In this document: positions 11,966-21,276 of the stretch, piece by piece
Position numbering within the stretch: position 1 is the stretch's first letter
Layout of the letters: each line of letters starts with the position of its first letter
Assembly (NCBI GenBank): GCA_918797485.1
Contig: CAKKNE010000006.1
Coordinates: 3,286,001 to 3,350,000, forward strand
DNA length: 64,000 nt
DNA from: Pelagomonas calceolata
Lineage: Eukaryota
Direction of reading: 5' to 3'
Notes under the pieces: model-generated
Databases searched by the model: none
What the model saw: only the letters and a program-made list of their open reading frames with translations
Told to the model about the DNA's origin: nothing
Made by a program: the position numbers and the translations under genes

Positions 11966-13240
11966 ATGAAGCGCCTCCTCCTCGTCGTGGTCGGCGGCAG
12001 CGCCCTCGTCGCGCGACGCCCGACGACGATGCGCGCGATGCAACCAGAGGCGCGCGCCCTTCGGACGAGGATCAAGACCCAAACTAAAATAAAACGGACG
12101 CTCGTGACGTTAGGAAGGGTCGCGCTGCCGTCCATGATCGCCACGGGCCTCGGCTTTGAGTACTACGACAATTTAAGCAGCTTCATCCAGGCGAACTGGT
12201 TGGATGCGAACTCCATTAAATTCTTGAGCAGCGACGAGATTCAATTTTTGCCGTCCTTTTTAACGGTGATCTCGTTATTATTTTCCATATTGGCGGGGAG
12301 CGCGTACTCGAGCCTCTACGCGCAGCAGGAAGCTATCTACTTCGCTCTGTATGCCGAGGTCTCGGAAGCGAAGTCCCTGCTGGAGCAGATGGCGCTGGTC
12401 TGCGCCGGCCGGCCCTTTTATAGGGACGCGCTGCGGGCGATGCGCGCCTACGTGAAGCAGGATCTGAGGAGACTGGACGTCGCGCCCGCGGATTTGATGG
12501 CGCGGCCGCCGAACGAGGACCCCCTCGAGGCCATCATGTACCTCACTTCTGTTGGGGTCCCGTCCGTCGTCTACGAGACGGTGCGCGACCTGCGGCAGGC
12601 GCGGGGGAGGAGGTTGGGGGCGATGCAGCGGAAATTTCCCCGGCTCGGCATCTTCCTCCTCTATTTACTAGCGCTGCTGGAGCTGGCGGCGTTCCCGCTC
12701 CTGGGCGCGGGGACAACCATCTCAGCGCCCTCGACGATCTTACTGGTCCAGGGCGCGCTGTTCGGGGGGTCAGCGCCTGTGTGGAAATCAACCAGTGTGT
12801 CGGGTGCTCATTTCTCGGTGATGACGCGGCCGTGTTGGCTCCGTCGAGCGGTGAGGAAGGGCATCGCCACGCCATCGAGCAAGCGTCGCGTCTATGGCGT
12901 GGAGGACGACGCGACGATCAAACGCGACGTAAAATTTTGATTTCCACACAGGTTGTGCGGCGCCACCACGTTGGTGTTACGCATCATCCAGGAGCTCTGG
13001 CGCACGTCGGGCGGCGCCTTCAACGTCGACGACGTGTTGCAGACCATGGTGCGGGGGCTGGCGGACGAGCTCGACGGCCGGGCGGAGCGCCTCTCGGAGG
13101 ACGCCTTTCCGGCGCCCGACGCCGCTCGGGGCCTGACGCCGGAGCAGCAGCGCGCCTTCGAGGCGCTCGACGCGGCGGACGCGGCGGCGCCGCGGAGGCG
13201 GTGGTGGCGGCGCGGAGGCGGTGGTAACGGCGGAAGTTAA
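11966..13240 (+). CDS. Multi-TM membrane protein, DUF4239/bestrophin-like, possibly plastid-targeted; join(11966..12768,12952..13240)
   Basis: Signal plus Arg/Thr-rich transit-like peptide; hydrophobic helices; splicing restores ALFGG|LCGATT. Confidence 0.55.
12777..12951 (+). mobile_element. Introner element copy 2 (GT-AG intron 12769-12951, 183 nt, phase 2)
   Basis: Intact TIRs; GT donor exactly 8 nt upstream of left TIR; TSD diverged (gtcagcgc vs gttgtgcg). Confidence 0.9.
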
Positions 13241-13254
13241 CTTGAAGTCATAAA

Positions 13255-15360
13255 TTATCGGTCACGGCCGCCGCCGACCCATCTCCGCGAGTCGTAGCGC
13301 GCGGCGCCCGCCTCCGCCGCGCGGCGCAGCGCCCGGGCTTCGCGGGAGACGGCTTGCGCGTCGGGCCAGGCGCGGCCAGCCATTGCCGCGACGTCGGCGG
13401 CGGAACGGAAGGCGCGGAGCGCGTCGAGCGCGTCGGCGGCGAGGCCCGCGGCTTCGGCCGCCGCGGGCGACGCGCCGAGGCCCTCGCGGGCCAGCGCCTG
13501 TGTGGAAATCAACCGGTGCGTCGGGTGCTACGCGAACGCGCCGTAAAATTTGAATTCCACGCGGGCCAGCGCGTCGCGCCACGCCAGCGCGTGGAAGAGG
13601 GCCAGGCCGTGCGGCGTGCCCCGCGCGCCGAGCGTCGCGCGGGGCAGCACGAGGCGCTCCCGGGCCGCGCGGCCCGCGGCCGCGGCCGCGAGCCCCGCCG
13701 CGCGCCGCGACGACGCGGCGCGCGGGAGCGCCGCCGCGAGCGCCGCCGCGACGTCGCCGGCCTCGAGCAGGTCGTCGACGCCGTCCAGGGCCTCCGCCGC
13801 GGCGTCCGCCTCCGCGCGGTCGGAGACGAAGCCGTGCTGCGCGCGCAAATATGCGTCGCGCCGCGCGACGGAGCACTCGGGCTGGACGTACGACACCGTG
13901 AGCGGGGCGCCCGCCTCCACTTTCCGCTGCGTCCAGACCTCGGCGAGGCCCCCGGCCGTCGTCAGCGCGACGCACGAGGGTTGCGGCGAGTCGTTCAGCA
14001 AACTCCTCAACCGGTAGAGGCCGGACTCGAAGGCGTTGAACTGCCACTTCTGCTCCAGCGTCGCGCCGTGCAGCTGCTCGATATGTAACGACGGGAGCGC
14101 CGCCGTGGGGTCCGCGATCGTCGCCTGCGCCTCGCGTGATAGGAGAGGCGCCTCGAGGAGCAGCAGCGTGCCGGCGTCGAGGTCGCGGGCCGCGGCGAGG
14201 CCGCGGCCGCCGCCCGTGGCCGGCGCGCTCACGAGGCGCAGCGCGGGGTGCGCGTAGAGGGGCGCGTAGCCGGGCGCGAAGGCCGCTAGGCGCGCGCAGG
14301 CGACGGCGGACGGCACGGGCACGGGCAGGGGCTCCGGCGGCGGCGCGGGCGGCGGCGGCGGCGGCGCGACGCCGTCGTCGTCCGACGACGAGCCGCCGAA
14401 GAGCGCCTCCGCCGCGGTCGCGCGGGCGAGGCCGACGCAGAAGCCGCAGCCCGCGGGCGGCACGCGCTCGGACAGCGCGCGCTCGACGGCCGCGGACGCG
14501 TGGTCGAGGCTCCAGGCGACGAGGACCAGCCGGTCCGTGGCCGCGACCAGCCGCGCGGCGACCTGGGGCCCGACGACGTCGGCCGGGTCGATCAAATTCG
14601 TCGCCGCGCCGCCCTGCGCGAAGGCCCGCGGCGCGGCGCCGGCGAGCGCCCCGAGCGCCGGCGCGTTATCTGCGGGCCCGACCCAGGCGAAGGCCGACTT
14701 CGCCCCGAAGCGCACGACGAGGCCCGATACGTTCGCGTCGTCCTCGTCGCGCACGGAAAAGCGTCGCTCCTCGAAACCTGGAGACGGCGCCATATCAAAG
14801 CTCTGCACCGTCCACGGGATTTTGATGATGGACGTGGACCGCAGCTCGACCTCGTCGAAGGCCTCCACGTAATTCGTGCGCTCGAAGCCGAGGGACGCGA
14901 AGAGTTTTAGGGAGGCGGCGTTCTCGGAGGCGATCTTCGCGACGAACGTCTCGAGATGGAGCGCCTCGCGGCCGTAGCGCAGCAGCAGCCGCACGGCCTC
15001 GCCCCCGAAACCGCGGCGCCGCCGTTCCGGAACCATGACGTCGACCTCGGCCGCGAGCGGCTCGTCGGGGACGGTCAGGAACGCGTTCACGTCGCCGACC
15101 ATCGCATTCGTGGGGAAGCGGTCGTCGCCATTCTTGAAGCACTGCGCCCGGTCCAAAACGATGAACGTGAGCTTCTTGGCGTCGTCGCGCCAGCTCTTCT
15201 GGTTCTCGACTTCCTCGTCGAGCGTCAGGCGCTCGCTCGCCGTCAGGGCCAGCAGGTCGTCGTCCTGCATCCAGGCGTGGTAGCGTTTTACGTACTTTTC
15301 CTTGTAGGGCACGAGGACGCAGCGTCTTCCTACGAGCACGGTGTCCTCGTTGAGGCGCAT
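13255..15360 (-). CDS. NAT9: NAT9-like GNAT acetyltransferase fused to PAC4-like and SET domains; complement(join(13255..13497,13573..15360))
   Basis: N-terminus 'MRLNEDTVLVGRRCVLVPY...YHAWMQD...LTASERLTLDEE...QKSWRDD..KLTFIVL' matches NAT9; SET motifs 'GRGLAAARDL', 'SLLNDS', 'LTVSY'. Confidence 0.75.
13498..13564 (+). mobile_element. Introner element copy 3, internally deleted, antisense to host gene (GC-AG intron 13572->13498, 75 nt)
   Basis: Left TIR intact, right TIR decayed (tgaattccacgcgg); perfect TSD gccagcgc at 13490-13497 and 13565-13572. Confidence 0.9.
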
Positions 15361-15662
15361 GGTTGCTTTTGTGTGCGCTGCGCGAGCTCTCGCGTCGCTG
15401 GGAGCACTGCTGCCTCGCTGGTAGGACGCTCTCCGTAGGGCAAACGGTGCGCGGCTCTTTTTTTGCGAGAACTGCTTCGACCCTCACGCGAGCGGAACTC
15501 AAGCGATCCCTCCGCTGCAAAGCACGACAATGTGAGGGCGTCTATGGCCTTTGTCGAGGCACGCTCGTGGTATCGTACCTAGGTATACCGATACCGATAT
15601 CAGTATCCCTACGGTATCTCTAGGCTCTATCTCTACTAGTAGGCTCTATCTCTAGGCTAGTC

Positions 15663-15710
15663 GGGAGGGGTACGGGGAACCCCGCGCGTCGTGACTAGCC
15701 TGAGCCTGAG
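15663..15710 (+). repeat. Dispersed repeat B copy
   Basis: gggaggggtacggggaaccccgcgcgtcgtgactagcctgagcctgag. Confidence 0.8.
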
Positions 15711-15748
15711 TCAGATTCCTACCTCGAGCGTCCAGTGCCGCTACGTTG

Positions 15749-16095
15749 TTAAGCGTGATGGCGGGGTGGAAGAAGAGAGGCATAAGCCGCGACGGACTCG
15801 TCCTCAGACGCAGTCTCGGCGTCGAAGTAGTCGTCGGGGAGCGTCTCGAAGCGCTCGTCGTCCGCCAGCTTCGAGAAGATCATGCAGAAGTCGTCGGCCG
15901 TGATGGCCGCGTCGATGAGGTCGAAGTGGAGCACGGCCTTGAGCTCGCGGTACGTGAGCGCGAGGAGGTCGTCGGCGGTGCGGAACGGGGCGCGCGGGTC
16001 GTTCTGGTTCGCCTATGCTGAGGCGGCGACGCCGTTGGCGCGGGCGCGGCCGCTGGGCGTCGAGGCGGCGCCGTTGCTCACTACGGACGTGTAAT
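15749..16095 (-). pseudogene. Possible degraded gene fragment
   Basis: GC3-biased frame interrupted by in-frame TAG at 16013-16015; the two minus-strand ORFs on either side share a frame. Confidence 0.3.
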
Positions 16096-17452
16096 GTTGT
16101 TGTTTGCTGTGTCTCCTGCTTGTGTTCCAGGGGTCGCGGCGATGGCGTGGGGGGGGGCTCACTTTCTTGTTCTTGGCGTGACGCGCGTCGCCGATTCGCG
16201 CGTCGATTCGTCGTTGGCGGACGCGGGCCGCGTCTTTCACAATAGCATACTTCCTAAGCATAACCGCCTCGGCAACGCCTGGGACTACATGAGAGTGTTC
16301 GCGAAGAAGGGCGACGACGGGACCGCCGCGTCGCGCATCGCGGCGGACCTCGCCAAGGCGCTCGCGCCGGCCGGTGGGGACAAGGTCGCGACCGCGGACC
16401 TCTGGGACGAGCACTTCGAGAAGGTGTACCTTCTTGCCGATGCCGTCATGGACCGCGTCGTCGCCGAGGCGTGAATGCATCGCTTCTGGAGGGGTTAAGA
16501 GGCGCTTGCTTGTACTACGAGTACCCTGGAGGGGGGACAGCGCGTCGCCGACGTCATCGGGTGGCTGCTTTCTAGTGTCTTACAGACAGCTAGCTAATTT
16601 TCAGCACAGCACGGAGGACGAAACGGCCCACGCGGGGTATAACATACTAAGACATCAGAAACGATTAACAGAAAATACACGCCTTTAAAATCTCGCGACA
16701 CAGCGACTAGAGACACCTGAAATCTAAAAAGTGACATCTGAAAGTCAAAGCCATCGCGGCGCGCGTCGACGCGGCGGACTATGAGCGGCTGTTGGGCGAC
16801 CGGCTCCGCGCCGAGGGCTTCGCCGCGCCCCGGAAGAAACGCAGCCGTGCCTCGTCCGGCGACGACGACGCGGCGTTGTACATGTACGTACGAGGAGCGG
16901 AGTTGCCCGCGCGGAAGCGCAGCACGCGCGACGCGGCGAAGAAAGCTAGCTCCAAATGGATCGGCGCCTGAGCGGTCCGAGCGGACGTCCACGCGACAGC
17001 TTCCCCCGCCATCATGATGGTGGCGTCGACGTCAGTATCAAATAATTAAATTTTTTGGCCAGTACGTGACCCATGTTGTTTGCTGTCTCTCACTGTTGTT
17101 CTTCACCGCGCGTCGCGGATTCGTCGGCGGCGTCTTTCACAATCCTACTAGACATCCTTTGTACCAGGACGAGTTTGCTGTGCTAGTCCTAAAGAACAAC
17201 GAGCTAGCGGAGTGAGACACTAGAGCTCACAAGGTCTCCTCGAGTCTAAGGAGGCCCAAAGCACCGCCCCTCTCGCACCAGTGCCGCGGTAACGCCGCCT
17301 GCGAGCCATACGCCATCGCCGCGTGAGATCACAGAGATCATACCCAGCCTCCAGCGACGACGCAGCATAAAACGCCGTCTTGAGCCGTAACTTTGCCAGA
17401 CTTCAGACCTCAGTGGCCTGCACGCAAGCGCCACCGCACGCGGGGCGCCACC

Positions 17453-17869
17453 ATGAACCGCCTCACCGGCTTCTTCGGCGGCGGCAAGAAGTCTAATGAC
17501 GACGGCGGCATGGGCCCCGAGAAGACGGACCTGGCCGTCGGTGGGGAGAACTTCGGGGGCGGCGACTTCGGCGGCCCCGGGTCCATGGCCGCGCCGCGCG
17601 TCGGCGGCGCGCCGCCGGGCCAGGCCGCGACGCAGGCCGAGCTCCAGCGCGCCGTCGTCGCCGAGCAGCAGCGCGCGCTCGTGCAGCAGGTCATCGCGAA
17701 GCTCACCGAGGTGTCCTTCGACACGTGTCTGCAGAAGAAGCCCGACTCCACTCTCTCGGCGGGCGAGCGCGCCTGCATCCACACCGTCGTGGGCAAGTAC
17801 CTCGACACGTCGGAGTTCGTCCTCGGCCGGTCGACGAAGAAGGCGCAGCAGTCGCAGATGCTCTCTTAA
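17453..17869 (+). CDS. Small Tim chaperone (Tim8/Tim13 family)
   Basis: 'VQQVIAKLTEVSFDTCLQKKPDSTLSAGERACIHTVVGKYLDT' matches the Tim10/DDP pattern, with only the two inner Cys. Confidence 0.8.
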   Translation: MNRLTGFFGGGKKSNDDGGMGPEKTDLAVGGENFGGGDFGGPGSMAAPRVGGAPPGQAATQAELQRAVVAEQQRALVQQVIAKLTEVSFDTCLQKKPDSTLSAGERACIHTVVGKYLDTSEFVLGRSTKKAQQSQMLS

Positions 17870-17876
17870 TAAATTA

Positions 17877-18422
17877 TCACAAGCTTTTACGCGCCTCGCG
17901 CCGCCGCTTCTTCCGGAGCTTCCGCTCCTTGCGCTCCTCCGGCGTCTCGTCGCGCGCGCGCTTCGCGGGGACGGCCTCGGCGCGCCGGAGCTTGCCGCCG
18001 CCGCTGCGCTGCGCGCGCATGCCGAGGCGCGCGCCGCCCGTCGCCGCGAAGCACTCGTCGAGGAAATTTTGGGAGGAGTCCTTCTTCGCTGGTTTCGCCT
18101 TCTTCTTCGCCTTCTTCGCCTTCTTCGAACCGTGGCGGTCGTTCATGGCGTCGAGCGCGCCGGCGAAGGCGTCGACCCAGCCCTGGTCGCCGAACGCGGC
18201 CTTGGCCGAGCCCTTGTGCAGGCCCGCGGCGAACTGGGCCTCCACCGTCGCGTCCGCACCCAAGCCCACGTTGTCGCCGCGCTTCCGGTGCTCGACGTGG
18301 CGCTCGGCGCCCTGCTCGTGCTTGCCGAGGCCCTTGCCCTCGGTCCAGCCCATGGACGCCATGAGCTTGCGCGACACGGCGGAGTAGGCGCCGGCGGCCG
18401 GGGCGGCGGGCGGGCTCTTCAT
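17877..18422 (-). CDS. G-patch domain protein (PINX1/GPATCH4-like)
   Basis: 'RKLMASMGWTEGKGLGKHEQG...NVGLGA'; Lys-rich C-terminus. Confidence 0.8.
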   Translation of the reverse strand: MKSPPAAPAAGAYSAVSRKLMASMGWTEGKGLGKHEQGAERHVEHRKRGDNVGLGADATVEAQFAAGLHKGSAKAAFGDQGWVDAFAGALDAMNDRHGSKKAKKAKKKAKPAKKDSSQNFLDECFAATGGARLGMRAQRSGGGKLRRAEAVPAKRARDETPEERKERKLRKKRRREARKSL

Positions 18423-18620
18423 TTTGGGCTCGTCCTGCTTTGCTGTCGTGCTGCAGCCTGCAGCGTTGCAGGAGCGCTGTTTAAAGCTATGCCAGCCGTT
18501 GATCCACGCGTGCCGTGGATGCTGCGGTCCTGTAGACCGGTAATTAGTTGTGTCGGGTTTCAACCGTGCGTTACACACGACAACATCGCCCGATGAATGG
18601 GCCAAGTTTGCTAGGCATCC

Positions 18621-18643
18621 CTAGTGTCTTACAGGCCGCTAGC
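18621..18643 (-). promoter_or_regulatory. Conserved intergenic motif A (GCTAGCGGCCTGTAAGACACTAG), representative copy
   Basis: Eleven near-complete copies in the window, all outside the inferred coding regions; function inferred only. Confidence 0.6.
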
Positions 18644-18906
18644 GCGATTTCCTAGCGGGAGCCCTGGAAGCGTCTTCACACTAGCGCGTCCTAGCACCGT
18701 GACAGCCCACTAGTGCTAGCACCGTAACATGATAACCGTAACAATATATTCTGCAGGATAGCTCCCCCGGAACCCCCCTACGTGCTCAAAAAAATTGACA
18801 AGGCTCGCAAAAAGCTTTTCGAGGTTCGCTACGTACGGGTGCGGAGTTGCTAAAAGCCCGAAAGATCTTTTTGTCTGTCACACAAACACAGGTACATCTT
18901 ATAAAG

Positions 18907-19914
18907 TCAGGACGGCGGCCGCGCCGACGCCACAAAATCACGGTTGACGAACCACGTATTCCGGCCGTCGTGGCCGTGGAGCGCGTACGCGGGCGCCGCC
19001 GCGGCCATGTGCGCGACGACGGCGTCGCGGAACGCTGCGGGCCGCGTGCCCAGCGGCGAACCAGTCTCCACGCAGAGCACGCCGAAGGAGAGCCGGCGCC
19101 AGTCGATCGTGCGCAGGACTTCCAGCTCCGCGCCCTCCACATCCAAAATGGCGAAATCGACATGCGCGACACCGAGGCGGTCGACGAGAATCTCCGTCAG
19201 CGACGCGCACGCGACGAGTGCCACGCGGCGGCCCTGCCGCTCTCGCCGTTTTGCGGGGCCCGCGGTCTCGTACGCCACGTCGTCGGCCGCGAGGGCCCGC
19301 GACAGCTCCGTCCAGTCGACGCGGGCCCACGAGCGCGACGCGTTCGCAAACGCCTCCGCCGCGCGGACGTGGTGGGTCGCCAGGAACTCCTCGGGCGCAA
19401 ATTCGGCGACACATCTCACCTCCGGGAACTTGTCCGCGGCGAGCCAATGCACCGCGCCGCTCGCGTCGCAGATCGCCGCGACGACGCCCGCGGCGCCTGC
19501 TGCCCGCGCGCGGCGCCGCGGCCGCGCCGCCGGCGACGCATCGACGACGACCCTTCGGAACCCTGCCGCCGCGTCGAAGAGGAGGCTCTCGGACGCGCGG
19601 ATGCCGTCGAGGCCGCCCAGCTCGAGGACGACGCCGCGCTCGCGCCGCCAGAAGAAGCGGGCGAGCGCCTCATAGCCCTCGCAGTCCGTGGAGCCATAGC
19701 GTCCCCCCTTGCGGTTCCGCTCGCGGTCGCACGTCTGGAATCGCCGCGACTTGGCCAAGCGCGCGTCCCACGCATCGCCGTCCACCGCCGCACGGAGGCC
19801 GTAGTCCCGCGCCGCGACCCACGGCGGCGCGTCGATGCTCGCGTCGAGCAGCGACGGTCCCGCGGCCGCGCCGCGCGACGCACCGGCGAGTAGCGCCGCC
19901 GCCAGGCGCCGCAT
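18907..19914 (-). CDS. FkbM-family (Methyltransf_21) methyltransferase, secreted
   Basis: 'GVVLELGGLDG' and 'HVDFAILDVEGAELEVLRTIDW' motifs; signal peptide. Confidence 0.85.
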   Translation of the reverse strand: MRRLAAALLAGASRGAAAGPSLLDASIDAPPWVAARDYGLRAAVDGDAWDARLAKSRRFQTCDRERNRKGGRYGSTDCEGYEALARFFWRRERGVVLELGGLDGIRASESLLFDAAAGFRRVVVDASPAARPRRRARAAGAAGVVAAICDASGAVHWLAADKFPEVRCVAEFAPEEFLATHHVRAAEAFANASRSWARVDWTELSRALAADDVAYETAGPAKRRERQGRRVALVACASLTEILVDRLGVAHVDFAILDVEGAELEVLRTIDWRRLSFGVLCVETGSPLGTRPAAFRDAVVAHMAAAAPAYALHGHDGRNTWFVNRDFVASARPPS

Positions 19915-20231
19915 CGCTGCCGCGCGCAGGCAGCGGCGTGCGGAAGGCGGCAGTGTTTTGCCTAGCAGGCTGCCACAACCGGCGCGCGCAGCCGAGCCTC
20001 ACAGGCAGGCGTCGGGCAGCCACAAGCACGCGGCTTGGATATCTCGTACTTCTCGTGACCTGGATATCGTACTTCTAGTAGGGGTAGGGCCCATGGCGCC
20101 CGCGTCGTCCGAGAGTGAGTCCGCGGCGACGCGAGGCCGCGATTCCGCCAGGATCTCGCGGTCGTAGGTGCCTTGAGGATGCCCGCCGCGGCGCCGTCAT
20201 CGCTCCTAGGAGATAAAAAACTACCAGTAGC

Positions 20232-21083
20232 CTAGCCCCCCCCGCACCGCGCCGCGCGCCGGCGCCACGCCCAGGCGTAGAGCGCGTCGTCGAAGCGCAC
20301 GGACTCGCGCACGAGCGCCGCGTCCGTCTCCGAGAGGCGCGGCGGCGCGTGCTTGTCCCGCAACTGCTGGTTCTGGCCCGGCAGCGCCTCGGAAAACAGA
20401 ATCAGGTCGAAGCGCTCCAAGGCGCGCCGCGCCGTTTCCAAATCACTGTTCGTGACGGGGTCGCGCCGCACGGGGCAGCCCCGCAGGCACGTCTCGAGGT
20501 CCAGGACGTAGTGCTGCGGGCACCGCGCCGTGAAGGCCCGGACGAAGTAGTTGTCGCTCATCCGCGACGCCAGGAAGCGCGGCGGGTTCGCGCCCCGCGC
20601 GCTCCACTTCTCCCACGTCTCGCCGAAATTTCCCTCGCGGTGCGACGGCTGCGCATAAAAGGCCGCGACGGCCCGATCCAGGGGCCTCCGCAAGACCGTC
20701 GCCAGGAACACCTTGTGGCGCTCGAACGTCGGGAAGCAATGTGGGTCGAAACCCAAGGCTTCCTGGACCCAGAAGAGCTGCCGATAGCTGACGTGGCGGT
20801 GGTCGTGCCAGAGCTTGCGCTCGTGCGGGCGCGTCGCGATCGTCGTCGTGTTCACTAATTCTTTTTCCAGATATTTCTGGACCCAGCCCGACGACGCCTT
20901 GGCGTTCTTGCGGAAGAGCGAAATGCCGCCCGTCCGCCGCACGTGGCCGGACCGCGGGTGCAGCGTCATGGTCTGCGTCCAGGCGTGCTTCTTTATGATG
21001 TTCGACGGGTCCTCGCAGTCATTACCGTCGGTGGCGTTTTGGACCGCGTGGGCGCACAGCGGGAGGAGGAGGAGGCGGCGCAT
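20232..21083 (-). CDS. Sulfotransferase-like secreted protein
   Basis: Signal peptide MRRLLLLPLCAHA; 'FRKNAKASS', 'TVLRRPLDRAVAAFY', 'ARRALERFDLI', 'FDDALYAWA'. Confidence 0.65.
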   Translation of the reverse strand: MRRLLLLPLCAHAVQNATDGNDCEDPSNIIKKHAWTQTMTLHPRSGHVRRTGGISLFRKNAKASSGWVQKYLEKELVNTTTIATRPHERKLWHDHRHVSYRQLFWVQEALGFDPHCFPTFERHKVFLATVLRRPLDRAVAAFYAQPSHREGNFGETWEKWSARGANPPRFLASRMSDNYFVRAFTARCPQHYVLDLETCLRGCPVRRDPVTNSDLETARRALERFDLILFSEALPGQNQQLRDKHAPPRLSETDAALVRESVRFDDALYAWAWRRRAARCGGG

Positions 21084-21276
21084 CGCGTCGTGGGGCCGCG
21101 GGCCGCCGCGCGACCGTCGCCGTCGTCGACCGCTCCGCGCCGGTCCACCGCAATCGACGGCGGGCGCCGTCCGCGCTGCGGCCGCTTCCCAAGTGTGGAA
21201 ATCGGTGCGCTGGCCTCGTTCGGGGCAGCCCAATTAGCCGGCCGCAGCGGTGCCGATAGCGGCAATATTCGATGCG

